Shown in pieces: positions 7,257 to 15,668 of a DNA stretch of 20,000 bases (its first letter is position 1; each line of letters opens with the position of its first letter). Made by a program: the position numbers and the translations under genes. The DNA is from an uncultured Methanosarcinales archaeon (GTDB lineage: Archaea; Nanobdellota; Nanobdellia; Woesearchaeales; CAXGTL01), in the NCBI GenBank assembly GCA_964535955.1, contig CAZHVK010000009.1, positions 50,811 to 70,810 of the forward strand. Reading direction: 5' to 3'. A model generated the notes under the pieces. It ran no database searches, was not told the origin of the DNA, and saw only the letters and a program-made list of their open reading frames with translations.

Positions 7257-7321
7257 TGGCCTGTGATTATGTTATTCCCGGCTGACGAAAGGATGATGAG
7301 CGGAAGTAACTTATGAGGCCA
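7257..7321 (+). ncRNA. C/D box methylation-guide sRNA, dual guide for 23S rRNA domain V
   Basis: Terminal stem TGGCC/GGCCA; box C GTGATTA 7263-7269, guide TGTTATTCCCGG, D' CTGA 7282-7285, C' ATGATGA 7293-7299, guide GCGGAAGTAACTT, D ATGA 7313-7316; TTATAAA at 7229-7235. Confidence 0.85.
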
Positions 7322-7357
7322 CTATCTTTATATAGTTATAAATAATAAATAAATAAA

Positions 7358-8023
7358 ATGGTATTTAGAATCGGACATAGGGGAGCTGCAGGGTATGTTG
7401 ATGAAGATACTTTAGAAAGTATAAAAAAAGCTATTGAACTAAGATGCAGCATGGTAGAGATTGATGTAAGAAAGTGTAAGTCAGGTGAAATAATCCTTAT
7501 GCATGATAAAAAAGTAAACAGGACAACTAATGGCAGAGGAAAAGTGAGAAAGATTCCTTATGAGGATATCAGAAAATTAAGAACAAAATCTGGCTACAAA
7601 GTTCCCACATTAGAACAAGCTTTAAAACTTATGAAAGGTAAATGCCAGATCAATATTGAGATAAAAGACAGACATTCTTATATTGAGATACTTAATCTTA
7701 TTGAAAAATTTGATGTTTCAGAAGATGTTATAATTTCATCTTTTAGATGGGAAGTTTTAAAAAAAATAAAAGAATTAAATCCTATTATTAAGACAGGATT
7801 ATTATCAAAAAGAAGAATAGGCAGAATAAAGATTGCAAAAAGACTTGGTTGTTATAGTGTTCACCCACATTTCTCTTCTAGAATCACAAAAAGATTTGTT
7901 TACAGAGCCCATAAACACAATCTTAAGGTCATTGCCTGGACTATTAATTGGTCAGGTTTTATTGATGGTCTAAGAAAGATAGGTATTGACGGAATTATTT
8001 CTGATTTTCCTGAAAGGATTTGA
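7358..8023 (+). CDS. Glycerophosphodiester phosphodiesterase family protein
   Basis: IGHRGAAG, VEIDVR, ILMHD, RTTNG, INIEIK, AWTIN, GIDGIISDFP. Confidence 0.95.
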   Translation: MVFRIGHRGAAGYVDEDTLESIKKAIELRCSMVEIDVRKCKSGEIILMHDKKVNRTTNGRGKVRKIPYEDIRKLRTKSGYKVPTLEQALKLMKGKCQINIEIKDRHSYIEILNLIEKFDVSEDVIISSFRWEVLKKIKELNPIIKTGLLSKRRIGRIKIAKRLGCYSVHPHFSSRITKRFVYRAHKHNLKVIAWTINWSGFIDGLRKIGIDGIISDFPERI

Positions 8024-8036
8024 GAAAAATAAAGAG

Positions 8037-8142
8037 AGCCCCTGGCCAGACTTTCACTAATTTCTTAGATTTGAACTGGCGACCTGTCGCTTTCTGTATA
8101 AATTATACTAGGCGACCGCTATAGCCACTAAGCTACAGGGGC
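8037..8142 (-). tRNA. tRNA-Thr with apparent AGU anticodon and two introns (37/38 and 59/60)
   Basis: Removing 8092-8105 (14 nt) and 8051-8069 (19 nt) gives GCCCCTGTAGCTTAGTGGCTATAGCGGTCGCCTAGTAAGCGACAGGTCGCCAGTTCAAATCTGGCCAGGGGCT (73 nt); GCC acceptor start and U73 match archaeal tRNA-Thr; T-loop intron is a perfect BHB. Confidence 0.88.
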
Positions 8143-8194
8143 ATAGACTAAAGGTTGTATGATTTATTTAAAAACATTTCTAAAAATAAAAGAA

Positions 8195-8689
8195 TTATTG
8201 AGGAATACTTGATTCTAAATCTGAATGTTGTTCTTTTACCTTATCCCTAAGCTTTGATCTTGCTTTATTGTATAAAGCATTGCATCTATCAAACACTCTT
8301 CTTGCATGATGAACTTTTAGACTATCGCCTTTTTTGTCATTAATAGTATAAGTTTTTTCTTCTTGTCCTTTTTCTTTTATCACTATTCTTTCTAATTCTT
8401 GACATTCATAATTATGTGCAGTAATGCTTCTTTCATTAAGCATATCCAATAGCTTATACAGTGTATCTCCTTCTTTAATAATCATCCTGTTCATATTAAG
8501 GTCATCAGCATCTTGATAAAAACAAGGTATTCCTTCATTATAATGAACATCAACAACACGCGGTGATCCTGGATCATCTGATAAATCAATATTACCATTA
8601 TGATTAAAACTACCACATCCACCTAATGTAAGAATTCCTCCTATAAGTACTAGTGTTGTAGCTATTTTTGAAAAGTATTTTTTGATCAT
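8195..8689 (-). CDS. Hypothetical secreted or lipoprotein-like protein
   Basis: Basic N-terminus, hydrophobic stretch and lipobox-like LGGC. Confidence 0.7.
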   Translation of the reverse strand: MIKKYFSKIATTLVLIGGILTLGGCGSFNHNGNIDLSDDPGSPRVVDVHYNEGIPCFYQDADDLNMNRMIIKEGDTLYKLLDMLNERSITAHNYECQELERIVIKEKGQEEKTYTINDKKGDSLKVHHARRVFDRCNALYNKARSKLRDKVKEQHSDLESSIPQ

Positions 8690-8812
8690 ATTGTGTATGT
8701 GGAGATATTCATCCTTTATAAATGTTTCGTTTTTGCACTACTTCTGGGTGGTAATAGATTCTTAATTAAAACAATAAAATTTATATCTAACCTCTACTTA
8801 TACATCAATATA

Positions 8813-9139
8813 ATGCAAAACCTAGATGAAAAATCATTAGAAGAATTCATTCTAAACTCACAGTTTCCAGTAGCAGTGCTATTCTGGGGCTCATGGAGCC
8901 AAGCATGCAGAGAAATAGAGCCAATATTTGAAAACCTGAAACGACAATTTGCTCGAAGATTAAAGTTTGCAAAAGTAAACCTAGGTTCAAACAAAGCTCT
9001 AGGTGACAAATTAAATGTCAGAGCAGTGCCAACAATTGTATTCTTTAATGTTGCTGCAAAACCAGTACATCAGATATCAGGTGTTTATTCTCAGGCAGAT
9101 TTTACTAATAAATTTAATTCTGCTATGAATTTATTATAA
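8813..9139 (+). CDS. Thioredoxin-fold protein with SxxC active site
   Basis: VAVLFWGSWSQACREIEPIFE, FAKVN, VRAVPTIVFF (cis-Pro); start reassigned to ATG 8813 to give a 108-aa thioredoxin length. Confidence 0.88.
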   Translation: MQNLDEKSLEEFILNSQFPVAVLFWGSWSQACREIEPIFENLKRQFARRLKFAKVNLGSNKALGDKLNVRAVPTIVFFNVAAKPVHQISGVYSQADFTNKFNSAMNLL

Positions 9140-9153
9140 TTATGTATTTTCTA

Positions 9154-9981
9154 TCATTTCTTCAACCTGTTGCAATAGACAATATTGTCGTGTTGTTTGA
9201 ATATTGGAAAGATCAAATCAGGAATTAGTTTGTCTAAATCTTTATGAGTGTCATGACCAGATTGTTCTGATAAAAGATCATACACTTCTTGTAACTTATC
9301 TCCAATCAATTGATAATGTATTTCTTTTACACCATTCATCACTCTTTCACTAGGTGTAACATAATCTAAGATTTCTAATAAAGGATATTCTTTATTATCT
9401 AATCCTTTACAATACCTAATAATATCATTAACATCATCTTCTGAGCCAGTTATCTTTAGATTTAGATTTTGTTCAGTAACAATATCTTTAAAACCCCAGT
9501 CAAACACAACATATACTGGCTTTTTTTCTTTTAATGATATATAATACCTGACCATATTTTCAAACTGTGTTTCTGTATAATCATAATCATAACTAACTTT
9601 ACCAGCTTCATGCATCTCAAGTTCTAGAAGTGATTGTCTCATCATTACTCCAGATGTTGGTTCATGTTGAAATGGTATGTTGTTTGATACTTGTTTTATC
9701 TCTTTTATATTTTTTAGTATATGTGATAAATATTCATCATTATCTTCAGCTATATTAGAATGTTCAACAAGCAATATGTCTAAGTTCCTAGATTTGTCAA
9801 GAAATCCTTTAATCTCATTTATCTGTCTTTGTTTTTGTTCTTGAACCCTCTTATCATTCTCCATTTTACCAAGAACACCAACCAATATCATAAGATTATG
9901 TCTCATGTCTCTGTTAAACTCAATAGCTGTTCTAGTAAGTCCTTGTTTTTCAATTAAATCATAAGTTTTTTCATTTATCAT
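9154..9981 (-). CDS. Hypothetical protein
   Basis: 275-aa ORF, SD-like GAGGGG upstream, no motif recognised. Confidence 0.75.
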   Translation of the reverse strand: MINEKTYDLIEKQGLTRTAIEFNRDMRHNLMILVGVLGKMENDKRVQEQKQRQINEIKGFLDKSRNLDILLVEHSNIAEDNDEYLSHILKNIKEIKQVSNNIPFQHEPTSGVMMRQSLLELEMHEAGKVSYDYDYTETQFENMVRYYISLKEKKPVYVVFDWGFKDIVTEQNLNLKITGSEDDVNDIIRYCKGLDNKEYPLLEILDYVTPSERVMNGVKEIHYQLIGDKLQEVYDLLSEQSGHDTHKDLDKLIPDLIFPIFKQHDNIVYCNRLKK

Positions 9982-10122
9982 AATATCCCCTCATTACACA
10001 CTCCTGACTTATTTATCATTTATATATATTATTAAACTCTAATATGTAGATTAAATATATACCATAATAATTAGGTGTTTTCTAAGAATAACTTTAAAAA
10101 TGATAAAACACACCACTATACA

Positions 10123-11634
10123 ATGAAAACACAAAATGTATTTTTAATAAGAATAAGAAAAACCACCTCTTTATTTCAAATCACCAGAATAATAGACAGA
10201 AACCTAGAAAAACACCAAAAAGAGTTAGAAGCAGCTGTGTCAGAATTAGATGATACTTTTTTTGCAAAAATGATTACTCAATCTGATTTAGAAGATGTTG
10301 GGAAATTTATCCAACACATGAGCTGCATTGACAGAAAAAAGACAAAAGAGATATTATATACACTTTCTGATGATATGTGGAACAAGATGCTTGATGATGC
10401 TTCTTTTTCTCCTTATCATAAATTTTATGAAAACATAGTATATGCTTTGCATGCATATAAATTTTTTAGAAAATTCTTTAGTTACAAAAGACTTGAGACA
10501 AAGATGAAGGAGTTGAGTCAATATCATTTGTTTTATAGGATCTTAAAACAAGTAAAAAGAATTGATAAAACATTTAAAATAGAACTAAACCTTGAACTGA
10601 TCAATGAATTGTATGAAAAAGAATATCCAACAGGGTTTTATATTTTTTTAGAAAATAAAGATCAGTTTGTTTTAGAATTTTTATCTCTAATACCAATTGA
10701 TAAGATCATCAGTAAACATAAGCATGCCATTGGTATCATGGCAGTATTACTAGAAAACATATTAAAAATCAACAAACACATGGAATTTATTGAAAAATAT
10801 AATAAAGAATTAAAAAACATGTTTTATTCATCTGTAAACAGCAGTAAAATAGACAGACCTAATAATTTTATCACATTTATAGATTTTCTTAAATACAATG
10901 CGCCAGATAAACTCTCTGATTTTATTAACCAAGAAAATCTTCTTTCTGATAAAGGTGATATACAAATATATTCAAAACTGATTCTGCATCTTTTTTTGAT
11001 TAAATACAATACACTATTGTTTAAACATTTTTTTGAATTAGATATGATTAAGAAATATTTTGATTATAATAAGTATAATAAATCACAAAACAAATTAAGG
11101 TTTCTTGCAGCTTGTTTAAAAAAAGTCCTTTTTAGTTTTACTGCAGAGTATGAAAGGAATTCTGAGTTTGTAAAATTACTTTACTTTATCATAAGAAGAG
11201 AAATTATCAAGATTGCTAAAGATTATAATCCTGATTATAAATTAGCACTTTTAGAAGACAGACAAATCATGCAAGAAGAAGATAGCAAAGATCATCTTAA
11301 AAGAGAAATTGAAAAAGCACCTAAAGTTCCAGATATTCCTGATGAATTATCAGCAGATGATATTGATGATATGTCAAACCAGCATAAGTCAGAAGGTAGA
11401 AAAGAATTAATTGATATGTTTAATAAGATATTAGCACGCCATAAGCAGCATAGCAGTGATTATGACAAATGCATGAAAACTTATAAAAACACAGAATTAA
11501 CAAAACAAAACCTAGGTGATAAATTATTAATGCTTGCAGATGTTCTGACTATTATGTATGAAGATAAGACATGGACAGCAAGAAACAATGGATTTATTTT
11601 GGATGATTTAAGAGAAATGTCTGAGTTTATATAG
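10123..11634 (+). CDS. Hypothetical, probably alpha-helical protein
   Basis: Long ORF of about 500 aa; first ATG at 10123 preferred to GTG 10075; no motif recognised. Confidence 0.75.
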   Translation: MKTQNVFLIRIRKTTSLFQITRIIDRNLEKHQKELEAAVSELDDTFFAKMITQSDLEDVGKFIQHMSCIDRKKTKEILYTLSDDMWNKMLDDASFSPYHKFYENIVYALHAYKFFRKFFSYKRLETKMKELSQYHLFYRILKQVKRIDKTFKIELNLELINELYEKEYPTGFYIFLENKDQFVLEFLSLIPIDKIISKHKHAIGIMAVLLENILKINKHMEFIEKYNKELKNMFYSSVNSSKIDRPNNFITFIDFLKYNAPDKLSDFINQENLLSDKGDIQIYSKLILHLFLIKYNTLLFKHFFELDMIKKYFDYNKYNKSQNKLRFLAACLKKVLFSFTAEYERNSEFVKLLYFIIRREIIKIAKDYNPDYKLALLEDRQIMQEEDSKDHLKREIEKAPKVPDIPDELSADDIDDMSNQHKSEGRKELIDMFNKILARHKQHSSDYDKCMKTYKNTELTKQNLGDKLLMLADVLTIMYEDKTWTARNNGFILDDLREMSEFI

Positions 11635-11691
11635 AAATCTTTATTAACCTCTTCTATTTCTTATTATAATAATAATAGTGGGTGAGATAAT

Positions 11692-12804
11692 ATGAATGTT
11701 CAAGGAAAACATTATAGAACAATTTGGGTAAAAGAAGATAATAATAAGGTAATTCAGATAATTGATCAAAGACCTTTGCCTCATAAGTTTGTTATAGAAG
11801 ATATTTCTAATTCAGATGAAATGGCTGTTGCAATTAAAGATATGCATCTAAGAGGTGCAGGTTTGATAGGAGCAGCAGCTGGTTATGGTATGTATTTAGC
11901 AGTATTAGAAGCTGCAAATAACCCTGATAAGTTTGATGAACTTTTATTTACATCAGCTGAGAAGTTAAAAGCAACAAGACCTACTGCTGTTAATCTAAAA
12001 TGGGCTGTACAGAGGCAATTAGATGAAATTAAGAAAGGCAATTCAGTTCATGAAAAAATAGACATTGCATTTAAAACAGCTAACACAATAGCAGATGAAG
12101 ATGCTGAATTCTGTAAAAGATTAGGAGAACATGGTGTAAAGATAATTGAAGAATTAAGTAAAAATAAAAATGGTGAAGTTGTGAATATATTAACACATTG
12201 TAATGCAGGTTGGTTAGCATTTGTTGATTATGGATCTGCAACTGCACCAATATATGAAGCATTTAACAGAGGAATAAAGATCCATGTTTGGGTTGATGAA
12301 ACAAGGCCAAGGAATCAAGGTGCTAGACTAACTGCATGGGAACTTGGTCAACATGGTGTGCCTCACACTATTATTCCTGACAATGTTGGTGGTCATATTA
12401 TGCAGCATGGTATGGTTGACATGTGTATAGTTGGCACAGATAGAACAACATATACAGGTGATGTTGCTAATAAGATTGGAACTTATCTAAAAGCTTTGGC
12501 TGCACATGATAATAATGTTCCATTTTATGTAGCTTTACCTTCATCAACATTTGACTGGACTATAAAGGACGGTGTTAAAGAGATTCCAATTGAAGAAAGA
12601 GGTTCTGATGAAGTCAAATATATACAAGGCATGTGTAATGGTGAATTAAAAAAAGTATTATTAACACCTGAACAAAGTCCTGCAACTAATTTTGCATTTG
12701 ATGTTACACCGCGAAGATTGATTACTGGTCTGATAACAGAAAGAGGGATATGTAAAGCAAATGAAGAAGATATCTTAAGATTATATCCTGAAAATAAAAA
12801 ATGA
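11692..12804 (+). CDS. mtnA: S-methyl-5-thioribose-1-phosphate isomerase (eIF2B-like family)
   Basis: IIDQRPLP, MHLRGAGLIG, TRPTAVNL, LTHCNAGWLA, DETRPRNQGARLTAWEL, GDVANKIGTY, NFAFDVTP. Confidence 0.95.
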   Translation: MNVQGKHYRTIWVKEDNNKVIQIIDQRPLPHKFVIEDISNSDEMAVAIKDMHLRGAGLIGAAAGYGMYLAVLEAANNPDKFDELLFTSAEKLKATRPTAVNLKWAVQRQLDEIKKGNSVHEKIDIAFKTANTIADEDAEFCKRLGEHGVKIIEELSKNKNGEVVNILTHCNAGWLAFVDYGSATAPIYEAFNRGIKIHVWVDETRPRNQGARLTAWELGQHGVPHTIIPDNVGGHIMQHGMVDMCIVGTDRTTYTGDVANKIGTYLKALAAHDNNVPFYVALPSSTFDWTIKDGVKEIPIEERGSDEVKYIQGMCNGELKKVLLTPEQSPATNFAFDVTPRRLITGLITERGICKANEEDILRLYPENKK

Positions 12805-13628
12805 AACAAAAAATCATACAATTATGTAAGGACATAGAAAAACAGCATAACATCAAGATATTGTTTGCAGTAGAAAACGGTTCAAGAGCCTGGAGAATGT
12901 CTAGCAAAGACAGTGACTATGATGTTAGGTTTGTATTTGTAAGACAATTAAAAGATTATATTCAGATCAAACAGCTGCAAGATGTTATCAACATAATGTT
13001 TGACAAAGACGGCAACACAGTAAGCAAAAATGCAGTGATTGATTTGTCTGGGTTTGACATATTCAAATATATTAAATTATTATCATCTTCAAATCCAACA
13101 ACAATCGAATGGTTAATGTCAGACATTGTGTATTATGGTAAACAAAACAAGGTGTTGAAACAATTTGCATTGAAAAACCACAACCCAATTGCATTATATT
13201 ATCATTATAAATCAATGTGTAAGAATAATTATCTTAAGTATATTAAATCAGGACAAAACATTACATATAAAAGATATTTGTATGCTTACAGAGGTTTGAT
13301 AAATGCAAAATATGTTGTACATAAGAATAAGATTCCACCTATTATATTCACAAAAGCAATACAAGACATGGAAAACATCCTGCCGAAATTCATAACAGAT
13401 AAATTAAACAAGATAATTAACCTTAAATCACAAGGCAAAGAAAAAGACATTATCCAGAACATTGTCAAGATGGATGCTTATCTAGAAAAGTTTCTAAAAG
13501 ATGATTCAGAAGTCTCAGAGCGAAGCTCTGATGATGCTCAGAAACAAGTTTCTGACACTCCTGAAGCAGAAAAACAAAGAAATATTGATGACTTGAATAA
13601 AGAATTAAGAAAGATTGTTTTAAAATAA
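12801..13628 (+). CDS. Pol-beta-superfamily nucleotidyltransferase, YcgL/RlaP-like
   Basis: FAVENGSRAW..SKDSDYDVRFVF, NPTTIEWLMS, YYHYKSM, KRYLYAYR; ATGA overlap with mtnA. Confidence 0.9.
   Translation: MKQKIIQLCKDIEKQHNIKILFAVENGSRAWRMSSKDSDYDVRFVFVRQLKDYIQIKQLQDVINIMFDKDGNTVSKNAVIDLSGFDIFKYIKLLSSSNPTTIEWLMSDIVYYGKQNKVLKQFALKNHNPIALYYHYKSMCKNNYLKYIKSGQNITYKRYLYAYRGLINAKYVVHKNKIPPIIFTKAIQDMENILPKFITDKLNKIINLKSQGKEKDIIQNIVKMDAYLEKFLKDDSEVSERSSDDAQKQVSDTPEAEKQRNIDDLNKELRKIVLK
13512..13558. repeat. Double-hairpin palindromic module, copy 2, in frame inside a CDS
   Basis: GTC-TCAGAGC gaa GCTCTGA-TGATGC-TCAGAAAC aa GTTTCTGA-CAC; same architecture as 2471-2533. Confidence 0.75.
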
Positions 13629-13629
13629 T

Positions 13630-14034
13630 CTATATTGGTGGCTTGATTTTGTTTAAAACATCTCTAAAACAAGGTTCACTATAATCAATATTATCAATCT
13701 CATCAAAACCAAACCATTTATATTCACTATGTTCATGACTTAGTTTTATATCACCACCAACTAATTTACAGATAAAAAACACAGCATATCTATGAGCTTC
13801 ACCAACACCACATATCTTAACATCACAAACATTAACAATTTCAATCTTTAAGTCTGTTTCTTCTTTCATTTCTCTTAATAATCCTTGTTCAGGTTTATCA
13901 TCTTTATCCAAACGACCACCTGGAAATATCCATCTTTGTTTTGGATCAGCTTCCAAAGAAAATCTAAGCATAAGAAATCTGTTATCATGTATAATTATTC
14001 CATATTCTCCTATCCTAGTCATTAAATGTTTCAT
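13630..14034 (-). CDS. Nudix hydrolase (MutT-like)
   Basis: WIFPGGRLDKDDKPEQGLLREMKEETDL, LSHEHSEYKW. Confidence 0.92.
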   Translation of the reverse strand: MKHLMTRIGEYGIIIHDNRFLMLRFSLEADPKQRWIFPGGRLDKDDKPEQGLLREMKEETDLKIEIVNVCDVKICGVGEAHRYAVFFICKLVGGDIKLSHEHSEYKWFGFDEIDNIDYSEPCFRDVLNKIKPPI

Positions 14035-14444
14035 ATTAACTTAAACCCCTCAACAATATTAGTCTTTATCTCATCACTAACATTAACCCTATTTATTTCT
14101 TCCAATGCAATCCATTTATAATCATCATGTTCTTGACTTAGTTTGACATTAGTATCACTTATTGCTTTTACTAAGTAGACTATCTCAACAGTATGTCTAT
14201 TATTATCATGCGATATATAAGTAAAGATTCTGAATGGTTTTACTGTTTTTACCTTGATATTTGTTTCTTCAAAAAACTCTCTTTCAAGGCTTTGCTCAGG
14301 TGTTTCACCAAAATCTATTTTTCCACCTGGTAATTCATAAAATCCTGTTAAATATCCTTCTTCAGCAGATCTCCTGACTATTAAGGCTTTGTTGTCCTTG
14401 ATAAGCAGCCCACCTACTGTTATTTTCTGATATTTTTCTTGCAT
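14031..14444 (-). CDS. Nudix hydrolase (MutT-like)
   Basis: YELPGGKIDFGETPEQSLEREFFEETNI, LSQEHDDYKW. Confidence 0.93.
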   Translation of the reverse strand: MQEKYQKITVGGLLIKDNKALIVRRSAEEGYLTGFYELPGGKIDFGETPEQSLEREFFEETNIKVKTVKPFRIFTYISHDNNRHTVEIVYLVKAISDTNVKLSQEHDDYKWIALEEINRVNVSDEIKTNIVEGFKLI

Positions 14445-14553
14445 ATTATATAGGAATAATTTATAGTATAAAACCTTTTCTAGTATTTGACGTAAATATC
14501 ACGAATATATTCAAATACTTTTATAAATTATAAATACACCCCCTATATAGAAA

Positions 14554-15663
14554 ATGATACTAAACCCAAACTGCAGCGAGATTGTCGTTAGCATCAATAC
14601 AAGGAATGAGAAAGAAGTGTTTGAAGTAATCAAAGATATGATGAAAGCTTTGGATAGTAAATTATATATTAGTATTGCAGAATATAGTAATACACATTTG
14701 TTGAAAGAAAAAGATAAACTGATCTTTTTAACTAAACCATTTGGTGCTGATAAAAAACTTAATGACTTCATTGAAAAAAATAAATTACCAAAAGTTGAGT
14801 TTGATCTAGAAATTCCAATGGACCTAATTTATTTAAAAACAGAGACAAAAAAAGCTAATGACAAAACTTATAAGATTACAACAATCAAAATAGATGACAA
14901 AATACAAGATATGGTCTTTAAGAGCATCAAATTAAAGATTCAGGGAAAACAAGAAACAATTAAAAATACTAAAGTAGATATTTCAAAAATAGGCTATCTG
15001 CGTCTAAGAATAGGTAATCTAAAACTTTCAAACACATTAGGAAGCATGTATTCTCCATTTAAAGGAAATTCAATAGACATAGAAAATGATGCATATGATT
15101 CAGAATACTTTCCATCTTATAAAAAGGTTTTAGACATGGTTTCAGATAAGTTTAAAGTCAAAGTTTTAGGAGGCGATGGAGGATCAACTAGACAATTTGA
15201 AGAGTGGTGTAAACTTAACTTTCTTGATTATATTATAAATAGTGATAAATATACTGATTTCACATATTTTAAATGCATTGTCTATCTTCTTGACTGCAAA
15301 GATCTTCAAGACTTTAAAGTATTTTTAAAAGATTTAGAAAAGATTGGCATTTCGCTTGTTAAAGATTCTCGGCATAAGATTAATCCATTAGAGATAAAAA
15401 ACATTACCATTGGTGAAAAAATAGAACTCATCCTACCTGATAAAAGAGTGGCATTACAATATTTTACATTAGAACCTTTTGATGCAAACTTACTTGAGAC
15501 ATCTTTCCATATAGGTGTCTATACAATAGGAATTCCATACACAAACATAAAGACACGAATCTATTATATTTTACAAGAAGGAAAGCCAAAAAATGATAAT
15601 ACAAAATCTCTAAAACTTATCAAATATTTAGAAAAACATGCAAAGAAAACAATAAAGGTGTAA
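14554..15663 (+). CDS. Hypothetical protein, paralogue A (N-terminal MILNPNCSEIV), radical SAM-associated
   Basis: 369-aa ORF aligning along its length with the next ORF; TTTATAAA at 14520-14527 suggests a leaderless operon start. Confidence 0.85.
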   Translation: MILNPNCSEIVVSINTRNEKEVFEVIKDMMKALDSKLYISIAEYSNTHLLKEKDKLIFLTKPFGADKKLNDFIEKNKLPKVEFDLEIPMDLIYLKTETKKANDKTYKITTIKIDDKIQDMVFKSIKLKIQGKQETIKNTKVDISKIGYLRLRIGNLKLSNTLGSMYSPFKGNSIDIENDAYDSEYFPSYKKVLDMVSDKFKVKVLGGDGGSTRQFEEWCKLNFLDYIINSDKYTDFTYFKCIVYLLDCKDLQDFKVFLKDLEKIGISLVKDSRHKINPLEIKNITIGEKIELILPDKRVALQYFTLEPFDANLLETSFHIGVYTIGIPYTNIKTRIYYILQEGKPKNDNTKSLKLIKYLEKHAKKTIKV

Positions 15664-15668
15664 TAAAA

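Noticed and set aside
8107..8109. tRNA-Ser(AGA) reading of the second tRNA
   Set aside because: No long variable arm, and discriminator U73 with a GCC acceptor start fits Thr
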